This document shows positions 54,071 to 64,000 of a DNA stretch of 64,000 bases, in pieces (position 1 is the stretch's first letter; every line of letters starts with the position of its first letter). Location of the stretch: contig JAAOMT010000597.1 of the NCBI GenBank assembly GCA_016748015.1, positions 907,181 through 971,180 on the forward strand. Direction: 5' to 3'. Position numbers and translations under genes: made by a program. The DNA is from Geosiphon pyriformis uo1. Lineage: Eukaryota > Fungi > Glomeromycota. The notes beneath the pieces are model-generated. The model saw only the letters and a program-made list of their open reading frames with translations, did no database searches and was not told where the DNA came from.

Positions 54071-55378
54071 TAAATTAAAATTTCCATATGACACCAACAG
54101 TTTTGAATTGTAGTTGTTGTTACTGTTAATTATGCATCAGTTAGAAAATCAACCACATCTTTTAATGTTACTATTAATATTGGAATCTTGTCATTATACT
54201 AATTAATAAGATGAAAAAGAAACAACTTTTGGTATTTTGTCTTAAAGGATGCAATAATTCCTGTATCTAATAGTTGTAAATGAGATGTTGTATTGGATAG
54301 TAGGTATTTAATTATAATATTAGATAATATAGAAGATTCTCTAACATGGAGACCAGTATTATCAAGCAATAGCAAAATCTTTTTTTTCTTGTGATGCATT
54401 TCTTTATTTAATAAATTAAGCCATTCACTAAAAATATCAGTTCACATCCATGTTTTTGTATTGTAACAATAAGTGATTGGAAGTGTATTCATATTAATAT
54501 TGCAAAAACATTGTGACTTTGCCGATAATTAAAGACTGCAACTTGATGCTATCTGTTGCATTACAAGCAAGAAGTATGGTAATTTGACTCTTATTACACT
54601 TGGTGCCAAAGGTAGATCTTGTTGCCAAAGTTGCATTTGGTGGCATTCTAAAGAATAATACTGTCTTATCAACATTGTAAATATCATTTAGATTATATTT
54701 ACTGATAATCTCACGCAGTTTCTTTCATTCCTCTGGTAAAATTTCCAAGAAAACACTGTTTGCTTCACCATACATTTTAATATGGTGCATATTATAACGT
54801 TTTTTGAACTTTTCTAACCAACTATCTGATGCTTTAAAATTATTTTCTTCTGAAAACTTTTCAGCAAACTTAAGAGCTTTCATTTGTAAAATTTTTCCAG
54901 TAAGAATGCAGTTGGTAGCTAGTGCTCCAAGCATCCATTCTCTCAGTGCATCATTTATCTTTGGAAACATTTCTTTTTTGTTCTTTGTCAATTGACCAGA
55001 GTTGTCAGATACATTTTTTTCAATCTATTGGTCTGATTTTGTGAGTATTTTTGTTATAGTAGAGTGGTCAATCTTTAGATTAAATATTTCGATAAGTCTA
55101 TTTGCTAAGTAGTCAGGATGCTCTAGTTTGTACTGACAGAGAGCCTTTTTAGTCTCCAAAGAGATTACTGCTTGTTTTTGGTTCATGTTTTTTGGCATGT
55201 TAATAAGAATACATTTTTTATTGCATTTTGTTTTTATAATATGTTGATGTATCTGTTATGTTTCAAACATCATTTTTCCTTATATCTAATCAAACATGTA
55301 AGATGTTTCATGTTATATAAGATGCTTCAGATTATAAAAAGCAGCCAAATTATAAAAATAAAAGTTTTAATTCAACTG
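54071..55378 (-). mobile_element. pogo/Tigger-type transposon (CENP-B HTH + DDE_1) relic
   Basis: ATG at 55198; FKASDSWLEKFKKRY; IYNVDKT, LLLLDN, TTSHLQLLD, IQNCW. Tentative terminus TA|CAGTTGAA at 55378. Truncated at 54071. Confidence 0.85.
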
Positions 55379-55639
55379 TAGGATTCTAAGTGCAAATAAC
55401 AGATTCTTAGTAAAAAGAAACCTAATTTTGATAATGTATCTGTGATACTTTTTGTCTCTTACTCCCAACTGATTATCAATAATGAAAGCTGTCAATTTGA
55501 TCTTCCGCATACTTGCATAATAGCATAAAAGATAGCACAATGTCATGTTGTTAAGCTCTTCAAACACAGCAATGCCTATATTAATTGGAATATTGATATA
55601 AAATACTTTGCATAATGTTAAGGATATCAGAGTGAAAGT

Positions 55640-56600
55640 TAACTGCAGTTTTTTAAAAAATGTTCTGATTATTATAAGTTATGGAATTTGATATATAATA
55701 TATATAAGCATGTAATGGCTTTCAAATTAATGTGGCCATATGTTGTTTTTAAGAAAAATCTATCTGTTGAAGGTTACTTAGAATAGACCCAAAATAAAAC
55801 AGATCTCACATTTAGGTTAAAGTATGAACAAGTCTTTTTTTATTTACAAGCAATTATTAACTTTCACACTGGAGTTTGTTTCAATAGGTCTTTATTAAGA
55901 CTTGTGGCTAGACAAATGTTGCACCAATTTGGTTTGCTTGGCACCATTCTATTTACCAATTAATTGAAATTGCTGATAAAGAACAATGGCTATGATTGAA
56001 GCCTAAAGTTTGCAAGCTGATTCAAGAAAGAATTGTAATTTCTCAATCTAAACTTTCAAATCAACATCAAAACCATGATGCAATACTTGAAGAAATTAAC
56101 AAAATGCTTAAATTGTTGATTCTTTTTACACCTTCACAACAGCATTGGGAAATTGCAGCACATAACTGTATCAAATTTGAGAGATTGTGTATTAATCTCT
56201 TTAATGTCATCGGATATTTTAAAAGTAAAATATACAGGTCTTATATACGTCTTAGCTTTATTGCTGAATCAAATTGATTTTGAGTTTAGATAAGAAAGAC
56301 ACAGTTTGTAAATTCAAATATCTCTAATTGTGTATTTTATGATATTGGCCATGAATGGATATTAAGCAAAGAAATGAAAAAATTCAGTAAAATTGCACAG
56401 ATAAAAAGAATAGACTTTCTGAATTAAGAAAACATTATTAGGTACTTGGAAACCAATTCCAGTAACAAGTGAAGAAGCAGATCATCAAAAAATGTAAATC
56501 TGTTAATAAAATCACAACTATTACCTATTATTAACTCTCTAATACCTCTTTTAAGTGATCATGTTTTTAAAGCTTATCAAGTTAATTGTATAACAGCCTA
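55640..56600 (+). pseudogene. Degraded C-terminal part of an unidentified, possibly transposase-derived protein
   Basis: Continuous protein-like reading KYEQVFFYLQAIINFHTGV...HHSIYQLIE...HDAILEEINK...HWEIAAHN across stops and frameshifts. The DxxxExxN motif recalls DUF6589/Academ-like proteins, unverified. Confidence 0.4.
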
Positions 56601-56731
56601 ATAAATATCCTTTAAGAAATTAGAAATATATTGTATTGTGTACAGTTTTGTTTACCTTGGGTTGAGTGTATTACCATTTATAATTGGCATTTTTAAAATA
56701 TAATATGTTAAGTCTAGGTCCGAATCTCTAT

Positions 56732-57572
56732 TGTTACTCATAGAAATATAGGGAATATATATTAGCATAGTTATTAACCAATTAGAAGTAAACATAGTAA
56801 AAGATAGAATTCCAGAATTTCTCTCAGGAATTGCAAGATTTCAGAAATTACAGAATTCTTACAAGAAATTGCAGAATTCCAGAATTCCAAGATTCCTCTC
56901 AAAGGAATTGTAAGATTCCAGGAATCCCAGGATTTCTGTTGTGAAGAATTGAGAAATTGAGAAATCTCAATTATGTATATATAGCAATAAGATTAGAAGC
57001 TAAAAAGACAGACTTCCCAGTTTAGATTTTATCTAGACAACCTTTCAAACACTATAAATAACTATTTGGTATCTCAAACCTAATTCCACTATCAACCCTT
57101 CATGTTGATAGTAATTGATACTTAAACACACTAAAACAATAGCTCTTAATCACAGCTATTGATGGGATACTAACTTGCAAAACCACTTTGGCTTATTCAT
57201 TATTTTTTTTTCTTTTCTTTATTTTATTTTAATTTTATTGTTGTGCACTAATTGGTTGAATAAAATACTAGATTACTGATGTCAAAGATTGCCTGGTAAA
57301 AAACCTCTGCGAGAGGGTAGGACACATACAGAAGATATAGAATACTTACCAGAGGATTGTCAGCCATCACATTAAGAGAAGAATTGACAAAACTGTGGTT
57401 TCGGGAAGCTATGGATAAAACAACTATTGAATCTCTGTCTATTATACAAAGAACTCAAACCAAAACCTTCAGATACAAAACTTTCAGATTAATAACATTA
57501 ATGCAAATAACTTTTAGCACCAAGTTACAGATTTGTTATTTGATTCAACATCCCAAATAAATACTCATAACA
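56732..57572 (+). mobile_element. Solo LTR (less decayed family-A relative)
   Basis: TGTTA...CATAACA with GAATTCC tandem units; TSD CTAT/CCAT. Confidence 0.9.
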
Positions 57573-57798
57573 CCATTCTGTGTGATTATGTTTGGATTAT
57601 AAAAAGCATTCAATATGAATTTATTTGTTTTAAAAAAGTTGATTTTTAATACATCTTTAAAACTATAAATCAAACTTTTGCTCACTAATACTAAATATTG
57701 GTTGAATGATGAATATAATGGCTAGTATGGAGCCCTTTTTTAATTGTGAATGTTAAAGTTGGTGTGAAAATGTATTTATTGAGTATATATCAGAATTC

Positions 57799-58380
57799 TC
57801 ATGCTCTGAGTTTTATTACTGGCCACATTTTTTTTCTTAAGAAAAGGTAAATTCGAACTCCGTTCCCAGTTGATTTGCTTAAGCAATGTCCTATTAACAA
57901 ACTTGTTCCTGGAGGATTCCATTGGGCCATTATTCTCACTTGTAAGTCTGTTAATTCCTTCTCCCAATATGGAGAAAAAGTAATCTTATTAACCAAAGTT
58001 TAATCCAGAGTAATTTCATCAATACTTACAGCAACAGCTTCCAAAGCACTACCAGCCTTTGAAACACTACCAGTCTCTAAAGCACCAAGAGCAGCAGTAT
58101 TGTACTATATGTCAATTATTATTAAAACTCTCATAATACCTACAAACAACAAATCAGATATAATAGTTTCATTATTGTCTTCTGATGGTGGTGGTGGCTT
58201 ATAAAAAAGAGTAATTGAATGTTGTAATATTTGAGAAATTTTGTTTAGTGTTCTATAATCCTTTTCAGAAACTTCTCTAATTTTTTTTACTATTATAAAA
58301 AGAATGATTTCCATTGATAATTGGAAAATCTCCCTAACTGTACATGTCTGATTAAATATAAGATGACATCTGATGTTCAT
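57799..58380 (-). pseudogene. Unknown ORF with two in-frame stops
   Basis: ORFs 58105-58380 and 57799-57996 share a frame. The linker YNTAALGALETGSVSKAGSALEAVAV is protein-like and the GC content is locally higher. Confidence 0.4.
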
Positions 58381-58399
58381 ATCTAATATTATATGATTA

Positions 58400-58594
58400 T
58401 AGTGTGACTATAGAGAGTGGAAATTATTTATATTCTGCTATCATATTTGTGGGAATAGGAACTATAAGGAGATAAATATAGTAAAAGTGACTATAAGAAG
58501 ATAATATTATATATAAATGGTTTTGGTTTTTAAAAAAATGTAATTATAAAAAAATAGTGACTATAACTAGAGGGACTATAGAGAGAGTTCACTG
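58400..58594 (-). repeat. pogo/Tc1-mariner-type terminal repeat with subterminal GACTATA(G/A) repeats
   Basis: The minus strand reads TA|CAGTGAACTCTCTCTATAGTCCC. The motif (G)ACTATA recurs about 5 times. It cuts the LINE ORF1 at a TA. Confidence 0.6.
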
Positions 58595-58596
58595 TA

Positions 58597-59645
58597 TAGC
58601 AAAGTCTAATGCTGATTCTTAAACATTTATGTTTGTTTATTATTAACAACTTTAATTATATGTACAGAATTTTTATCCATAAAAATTAATCACTTAATTA
58701 AAACTAAATTAGCAATATTAGCAGACTTAAATTCTATTAAAGTCTTTTGTTAAAGACTAATAAGCTGTATCTTAATTGACATAATTTTGTCAAATTTAGA
58801 AAAAACTAATTCTATAACCAATTTAAAAAAATCAACTAAAATTTTCTTAATAATTATTTCTTAATTTTTATAATTGTTTATCTTTTTTATTTTATTATTT
58901 ACCAAGATTTTTTTATTGACAGTTAATTTTTTAACTTTGTTCAAGCTCAATTTAAATGTAAAGAATGATTTAATAATTTTTGGAAATTTTGAGAAATTAA
59001 AAGCTTTTTTAAAACTATCAATATAATAAAAATTTTTTTACTGTTATTAATTTATTTCTAAAAATTTTTTATACACAGCTGATAGTTTAATATCAAATGT
59101 AAAAAATTTTGCTGAATTAAAACTTTGTTTTTTTAAGACATATAATTTAGTTAATGATAAATAATTGAATTCAGAAAACTTAGGAACCAGAAGTATCAAA
59201 ATTTTATTATTATTATCATTTAAATTGTTAAAAAAAATTTTTTTTGGCTGACTGTTCAAAACATAAGTCTTAGTATATATCTTTTTAAGTATAATATTAT
59301 CTATTTTTAAAGCATTCAAATCTATATAACTAGTCTTTTCTGTAATTGTATTTTTTATGTTTTCTACATCTAAGATTTTATTAATACTACTTATTTTACT
59401 TATAACTTTGCTATCCAAAATTTAACAAACTTAATACTATTAATACACAGATTAATAAAACTAAAAAAACCAATAAATAACTTAATTATATTAATTTCAA
59501 CATTAAGCTTTTTTGGTTTTTTGTAGAAAGTATTATAAGAGTAAACACTCTTTACTTGTTTTTTTTTGTGTTAAAATGGATCTCCAATTTAGCAAAACCA
59601 AAACTCAACTTATTAACAAAAAAAACTTATTAGTTCTATAGCCAT
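58597..59645 (-). mobile_element. LINE ORF1 5' fragment
   Basis: ORF 59047-59418 and downstream FYILIVFKKA..SKFPKIIKSFFT..QLISL*QKTLIEF are homologous to ORF1 at 41800-42500(-). Confidence 0.75.
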
Positions 59646-59729
59646 AAACAAAGATAAATTAAAAAAAATAACTGTAAAACTAAATAGGAAAAAGATATAA
59701 AAAATTTATTTTTTTAATATATTTTAACT

Positions 59730-60160
59730 CTTATTGTAACTAAAAAATCAACAAAAAAAAGATTTTTAAGTTTTTTGTATAATAAACAAAAATTTAAGTA
59801 GTAATAATTAACAATATTTAATATTAAATTTTTTTGGCATAATGATTGATTTATTCTAGTATTTTTTATTTTTTTAATAAGTAATTCAATTATTAATAAC
59901 TTAATCTTATATTTATTTTTATATTTTTACCAAACAATTTTTAATCTTTTAATTTTAACACTTTTTTAAATAAATTAATTAATTAAATAATAACAAAACA
60001 AAAACAAAATAATAATAATACAAAAATAAATAAATAAAAAATAATATTTTGTTAATAATTATAATTAAAATTATTGGTTTAAATTAATTAAATTTTTTAA
60101 ATAAATACTATTAATATTAATTATTTTAATAAGTTTAATATTAAAAATAAGTAATTATTA
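59730..60160 (-). repeat. Extremely decayed LTR remnant
   Basis: GTTTTTTGTATAATAAACAAAAATTTAA and following blocks match 8200-8480. Confidence 0.5.
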
Positions 60161-60169
60161 ATTTTCAAT

Positions 60170-60463
60170 CTAATGTTTCTTTGGGAGCATAAGTCTGTTA
60201 ATGTTAAAACTGATCACTTTAAAACTGCCAAATGACTAGTTGATTTAGTTTCTTGCAATACAACTTTGTTTTCTGTCATTTAAAAAATGTCATCTTTAAA
60301 TAAGTTTTCTTCTGTGACATTAGCATAGTGTGTTTTTAATTGGTCTGAGTAACTAGTCACATGTAGAAAGTACATGATTAACATCTAGTTTAGATTATTT
60401 CTTTGATATATAGTACTAGGTTGTTTTTGGGCTATACTTGTTAAGCAAATAAAAAATAAAAAA
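60170..60463 (+). mobile_element. 5'-truncated 3' fragment of the ORF1-only retroposon (17430-type)
   Basis: MFLWEHKSVNVKTDHFKTAK*LVDLV matches MSLWKYESADVKSDVFRTANWLIDLV. TAG at 60326-60328, shared 3' motif, A-rich tail. Confidence 0.85.
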
Positions 60464-60594
60464 TTATTAATAAAATAATTTACATATATATACAATTTTA
60501 ATAAATAATTTAATTATAAATAATAATTGTGTTTTTATTAAATAAAAACTTTGTTTTAAATACTAAATTTGAACCTCTTTGTCTCCTTAATTTT

Positions 60595-62724
60595 ATGACC
60601 ACGACCAGAGCAAAGAGTAAAAAAGCTGCACCTAATATCTGTCCTGAGATATTTAATAAAATTTCAACCAGAGGAGCTCTTTCTGTTATAGAAGCAACTA
60701 GACAAAACGTTTTAGAAGCTTTTTCCCTACCCAGTAATCGTGATAAGCTGCCTTTGGTAGCCACTGAAGTGACTTCCTCATCTTTGGCTGGTTTCTCACC
60801 AGTCAAAGTCCTTTCAAAGAAACACATCTGGATTAGTCTCAGTATTGCCTCCACCCCAACCAAGAGCCCAAAAGTTTTTAATAATAGACCAGTAAATAAG
60901 CTGGTCTTCTCCTCTATAGATTCAACATCTGGTGCTTCTAGCACCATCTCTTCAAAAAAAAAAATGGTCAAAAAGACCAAAAATTCAGAAAAGTGGGGGC
61001 AGTTGCTTGCTTCTGCTATTGTTACACCGAACCCCTTTGTGGTTCCCAATGAAATCTTAGATGAGATTTCCATAGCATCATCTGGCACATCATCCAAGAT
61101 AGGCCAAGATCAACCACTGGCTGTGTTGTCAAATGTGGTATCTTCCGGCAGATCATTGCTGGTTTTAGAAGCAAAACAATCTTCTTCTGTTAGATCATCT
61201 GTTCTTGGAAACTGGGCTGATCAAATGGAAACTGAGTCATCTCCTTCTTTAGTTTCTGGTGCTACTTCTGGTGGTGCTTGGGAAACTATTACTAATCATC
61301 AAAAATTTGCTGGATGGGTGGCCTTCACTCTGGTGTCTGGTGCTACTTTTAAGATCAAATTGGCTCATGTTAAGGCTGTTTTTCAGTCTGTGCATGGTTT
61401 CTTGGATGCTAAATCTGTTTCAAAAGACAATGTAAAGCTTTTCTGTGTGAAGTTTGCTTCTGAACATTCTTTGGAAGCTGCATTTTTGGTTGAGCTTACA
61501 AGCTCTGTTCATTTGGCCACTTTCAAAATTGCCAAGTCTTTGATGGTTTCTGAATCTGGTTCCTCTTCTGCTGCTGTTGTGCTGTGTGATGTGCCTTTGG
61601 ATGTGTCTGCTGCTAACATTAAGTTGGCTCTCAGTGTGTTTGGTAGTGTCACTTGTGTTGTGCTAAAGCCTGCTGGCATTTGGCAGTACATGGTGGTTTA
61701 TTTTGAAAAGTTGGATTCTGCTGTGTCTGCCTTGAAGCATTGGTTAGTCTTGATATGCAAGGATAATGTTAGAATCCTCCCTCTGGTGAATCAAAATGAG
61801 ACTATTTTGTTTCGTAATAAGTTTAAGGCCAAATTGGTCAACCTTCTCTCTGGCTGTACTGCCTTTGAAATCAGTGATATGATTTCTCAGATTGGTGGTC
61901 GAACATGTTTCATCCCTTGTTCTCCTGATTCTGGTTGTCGTTCCTGGTTTGCTTTGGTTATATTTGACTCTCAAGATGATTTGGATTCTGCTGTGGTCAA
62001 GACTGATACTCTAAGGAAATGCTGTATCTGATGGGAAACTCCTGGCTGCTGGCACTGCTTTAGGTGTCAAGAAATGGGCCATCTGGCCATGAATTGCAAG
62101 ATTTTCCCACCTTCTACTCCCAAGGTTCCCAAGGTTTTCAAGTCTTGTTTTGTGGGTTTTGCTTTATATGCCAAAACTGCTGCTCCTTCTGGTTTTTCTG
62201 AGTTTCCTCTTTTGGTGGCTTCTTTGGCTGCTTCTGCTGCTGATCCTGCTGTTGGTTCTAGATTGGACTTTTTGGAAAAGCAGATTTCAGATTTGGCTGC
62301 TCTGGTTAAGTTTATTATTGAGCTTGTTGGTTTTTTGGTTGCTTTGGTGTCTTGTCTTCTTAATAATAATGCTGTTAAGACTGTTCAAGTCGAGAAAAAT
62401 CTCATTTTTATGAAGAGTGCTGCTAACAATTTTTCTAACCTCTTGGTTGAGGTTTCCAAGGACATTGCTTGTCTTAGATCTGAGGTTGACTTTGGTAATA
62501 TAGATTATGATGGTATACTGGCTGCTAAGCCTTTCTTTTTAAGTAAGAACACTATTAAGTATGTTATTGCTTTGTGGCATATGTTTGGTGCTGAAACCAG
62601 AGGCAATATTGAGTCTACTAGATTGTTTCTTAGTGAGTTTATTTTTGACTCTAGGAATCTGAATGGTATCATTGAAAGAATTTGTGAGTTGGGATTATTT
62701 CCACCTACTTTTAATTCAGCATAG
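60595..62724 (+). pseudogene. LINE ORF1/gag-like protein (709 codons: Ser-rich N-terminus, RRM-like domains, CCHC knuckle, coiled-coil/helical C-terminus) with one premature TGA
   Basis: ORFs 60529-62031 and 62074-62724 are in the same frame, separated only by TGA at 62029-62031 (probably CGA>TGA). CFRCQEMGHLAMNC is CX2CX4HX4C. VVLCDVP..ALSVFGSV..YMVVYF is RRM-like. Confidence 0.88.
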
Positions 62725-62860
62725 TGAGTCCTTGATTGGGCCGAGTGTCTGATCACATGTAGAAAACGCATGATTTATGCCTATAATGTAATCTCTTATA
62801 TGGTATTATAGTTTTAGGTAATATTTGGGTCTCGTTCGTTAAAATATAATAAAAAAAAAA
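62722..62860 (+). ncRNA. Conserved structured 3' UTR RNA element (best-preserved of five copies)
   Basis: Hairpin TGATTGGGC-CGAGT-GTCTGATCA (62733-62755), hairpin CATGT-AGAAAAC-GCATG (62756-62772), a third stem CTATAAT..ATTATAG, and a possible closing stem. Folded by eye. Confidence 0.6.
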
Positions 62861-63032
62861 TTTATTAACTTTTAAAAATACAAAAATTTAAAATTTTTAG
62901 TAATTTTTATATATTATTGAATTATTATTAAAATTTCTAATATTTTTAAAATCTTTTTTGGTTTTTTAAAATTTTAATATTATATTATTTACTAACTTTT
63001 AATATTTGATTTGTTATTTCTATTATATACAA

Positions 63033-64000
63033 TTAGCTTTTGTTGATGATACTATCTGAGTTGAGAGTAGTCAGACTGTTACACAATTTATATTGAACAT
63101 TGCTAATAAGTTCTTTGTAATTAATGATATTTTAATTAATAATGACAAAACAGTAGCCATTTTTATTAACCAGAGAGTTTGAAATGCTGTTTTCAAAATC
63201 AGTAGGTTGTCTATTTTGATTGCTAAACATGGTGTGCCTCATAGATATTTGAGTATATTTTTGTCGACTGATGGTTTGTCTAAGCCCAGCTTGGCTAAAG
63301 CTCAGTCTGATGTCAAATTCTTTTCAAATATGGTGCTACGTAAAGCTATTTCAAACAAACAATTCATGTATTTGGTGTTAGCTGTACTTCAACCCATTGT
63401 TAGCTATCATACACAATTTAGTTTTGTGTCTTCTGCTGTTTGTCAGTGCTGAGATGGTCTGGTTAGAAAAGACTTTAAGTCAAAGGCTGGTTTGTCCTGA
63501 GATTTTTCAAATGAGGTGCTCTATCATTCTTTACTTTATGGTCTGAAAATATTCAAACAAGTTCAAGCTAAATGGAAGTCTTCTTCTGTCATAAGTTTTT
63601 CTAATTCTTCTGGAATTGTTAGTCAGCTTTTTGAGTACCACTTCCTGGATTTGCAGATTTTGGGCTGGGCCCCTCTTAATCCCCTGCAATTCTCTGTAAG
63701 GCTGCGTGTTGCTCTTTCTAACAACTTTCTGGCTGAGATAGTGCGTATTTTTTTAATCAATAAGATATCTATGATGAATAATTTGCTTAATGCTTTCTTA
63801 GTCCTGGCAAATATCCTGTCTCTGGTGTCTTAGAGCTTTTTTTGTACTATGATTAAGTTAGTTATTTAAAAAGATTTGGTGTAGCTTTCTGTGATAGACT
63901 TTTAGATAAACGAGATAAAGTTTTGAATTAGTAAACATTCTGGCATTGGAAGAGACTGGATCCCAGAGAACTTGTGCCTTCTTGGTTTATATTGGTGTCA
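63033..64000 (+). mobile_element. 5'-truncated L1-like LINE ORF2, from the RT catalytic motif to the window edge
   Basis: LAFVDDTI*VESSQ..FFVINDILINNDKTVAIFIN..HRYLSIFLSTDGLSKPSL; homologous to 27800-28750(-). Confidence 0.9.

Larger units (their letters stand above)
60560..62860 (+). mobile_element. ORF1-only non-autonomous retroposon, near-intact copy
   Basis: Single long ORF, ~130-nt structured 3' UTR and poly-A at 62851-62860. Confidence 0.9.

Noticed and set aside
60510-61097. Antisense ORFs here and at 17400-17960, 18971-19315, 61509-61974 and 62505-62771
   Set aside because: They are shadows of the sense ORF with no recognisable motifs; recurrence in both copies follows from shared ancestry.
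62029-62031. TGA as selenocysteine, readthrough or genetic code 4, with the 3' structure as a SECIS
   Set aside because: CGA>TGA fits the prevailing mutation pattern. The other copy has TAA at the matching position, and the 3' element lacks a SECIS AUGA/GA core with proper spacing.
62733-62775. Hammerhead ribozyme (CTGA...GAAA)
   Set aside because: No CUGANGA core; the other copies read CTGGT(C/T)A or CTAGTCA, and the GAAA lies in a hairpin loop. Kept only as a generic structured element.
60595-64000. One continuous LINE (ORF1 followed by ORF2)
   Set aside because: A 3' UTR, a poly-A tail and an AT spacer follow the ORF1-like gene, and the ORF2 piece starts at the FVDD motif with no APE or RT N-terminus. 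These are two separate insertions.

Overview
Very AT-rich eukaryotic DNA that is almost entirely a nested graveyard of transposable elements eroded by C>T/G>A transitions on both strands. I found no intact host gene. The gene families present (REase-kinase, Kelch-TM, LRR, dUTPase-bearing Gypsy, RRM/CCHC-ORF1 LINEs with RNase H) point to a Glomeromycota fungus; from memory they resemble Geosiphon pyriformis repeats (inference, no search run). Contents: (i) at least two and probably three Ty3/Gypsy families, including one complete relic (30410-40331), three solo LTRs with 4-bp TSDs, and an extra ORF between integrase and PPT; (ii) a full L1-like LINE split by that Gypsy, plus LINE fragments; (iii) ORF1-only, RT-less retroposons, one nearly intact (60595-62724); (iv) DNA transposon relics: two Sola-like copies ending in a Helitron-type terminus, a Tc1-like DD35E and pogo; (v) pseudogenised LRR, REase-kinase and Kelch genes. 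The best candidate for an undescribed system is a LINE / ORF1-only 'half-LINE' pair sharing a ~130-nt multi-hairpin 3' RNA element that occurs five times. A close second is that all six readable Gypsy target sites can be reconstructed as N-CG-N. Domain boundaries in degraded elements were read by eye and are approximate.
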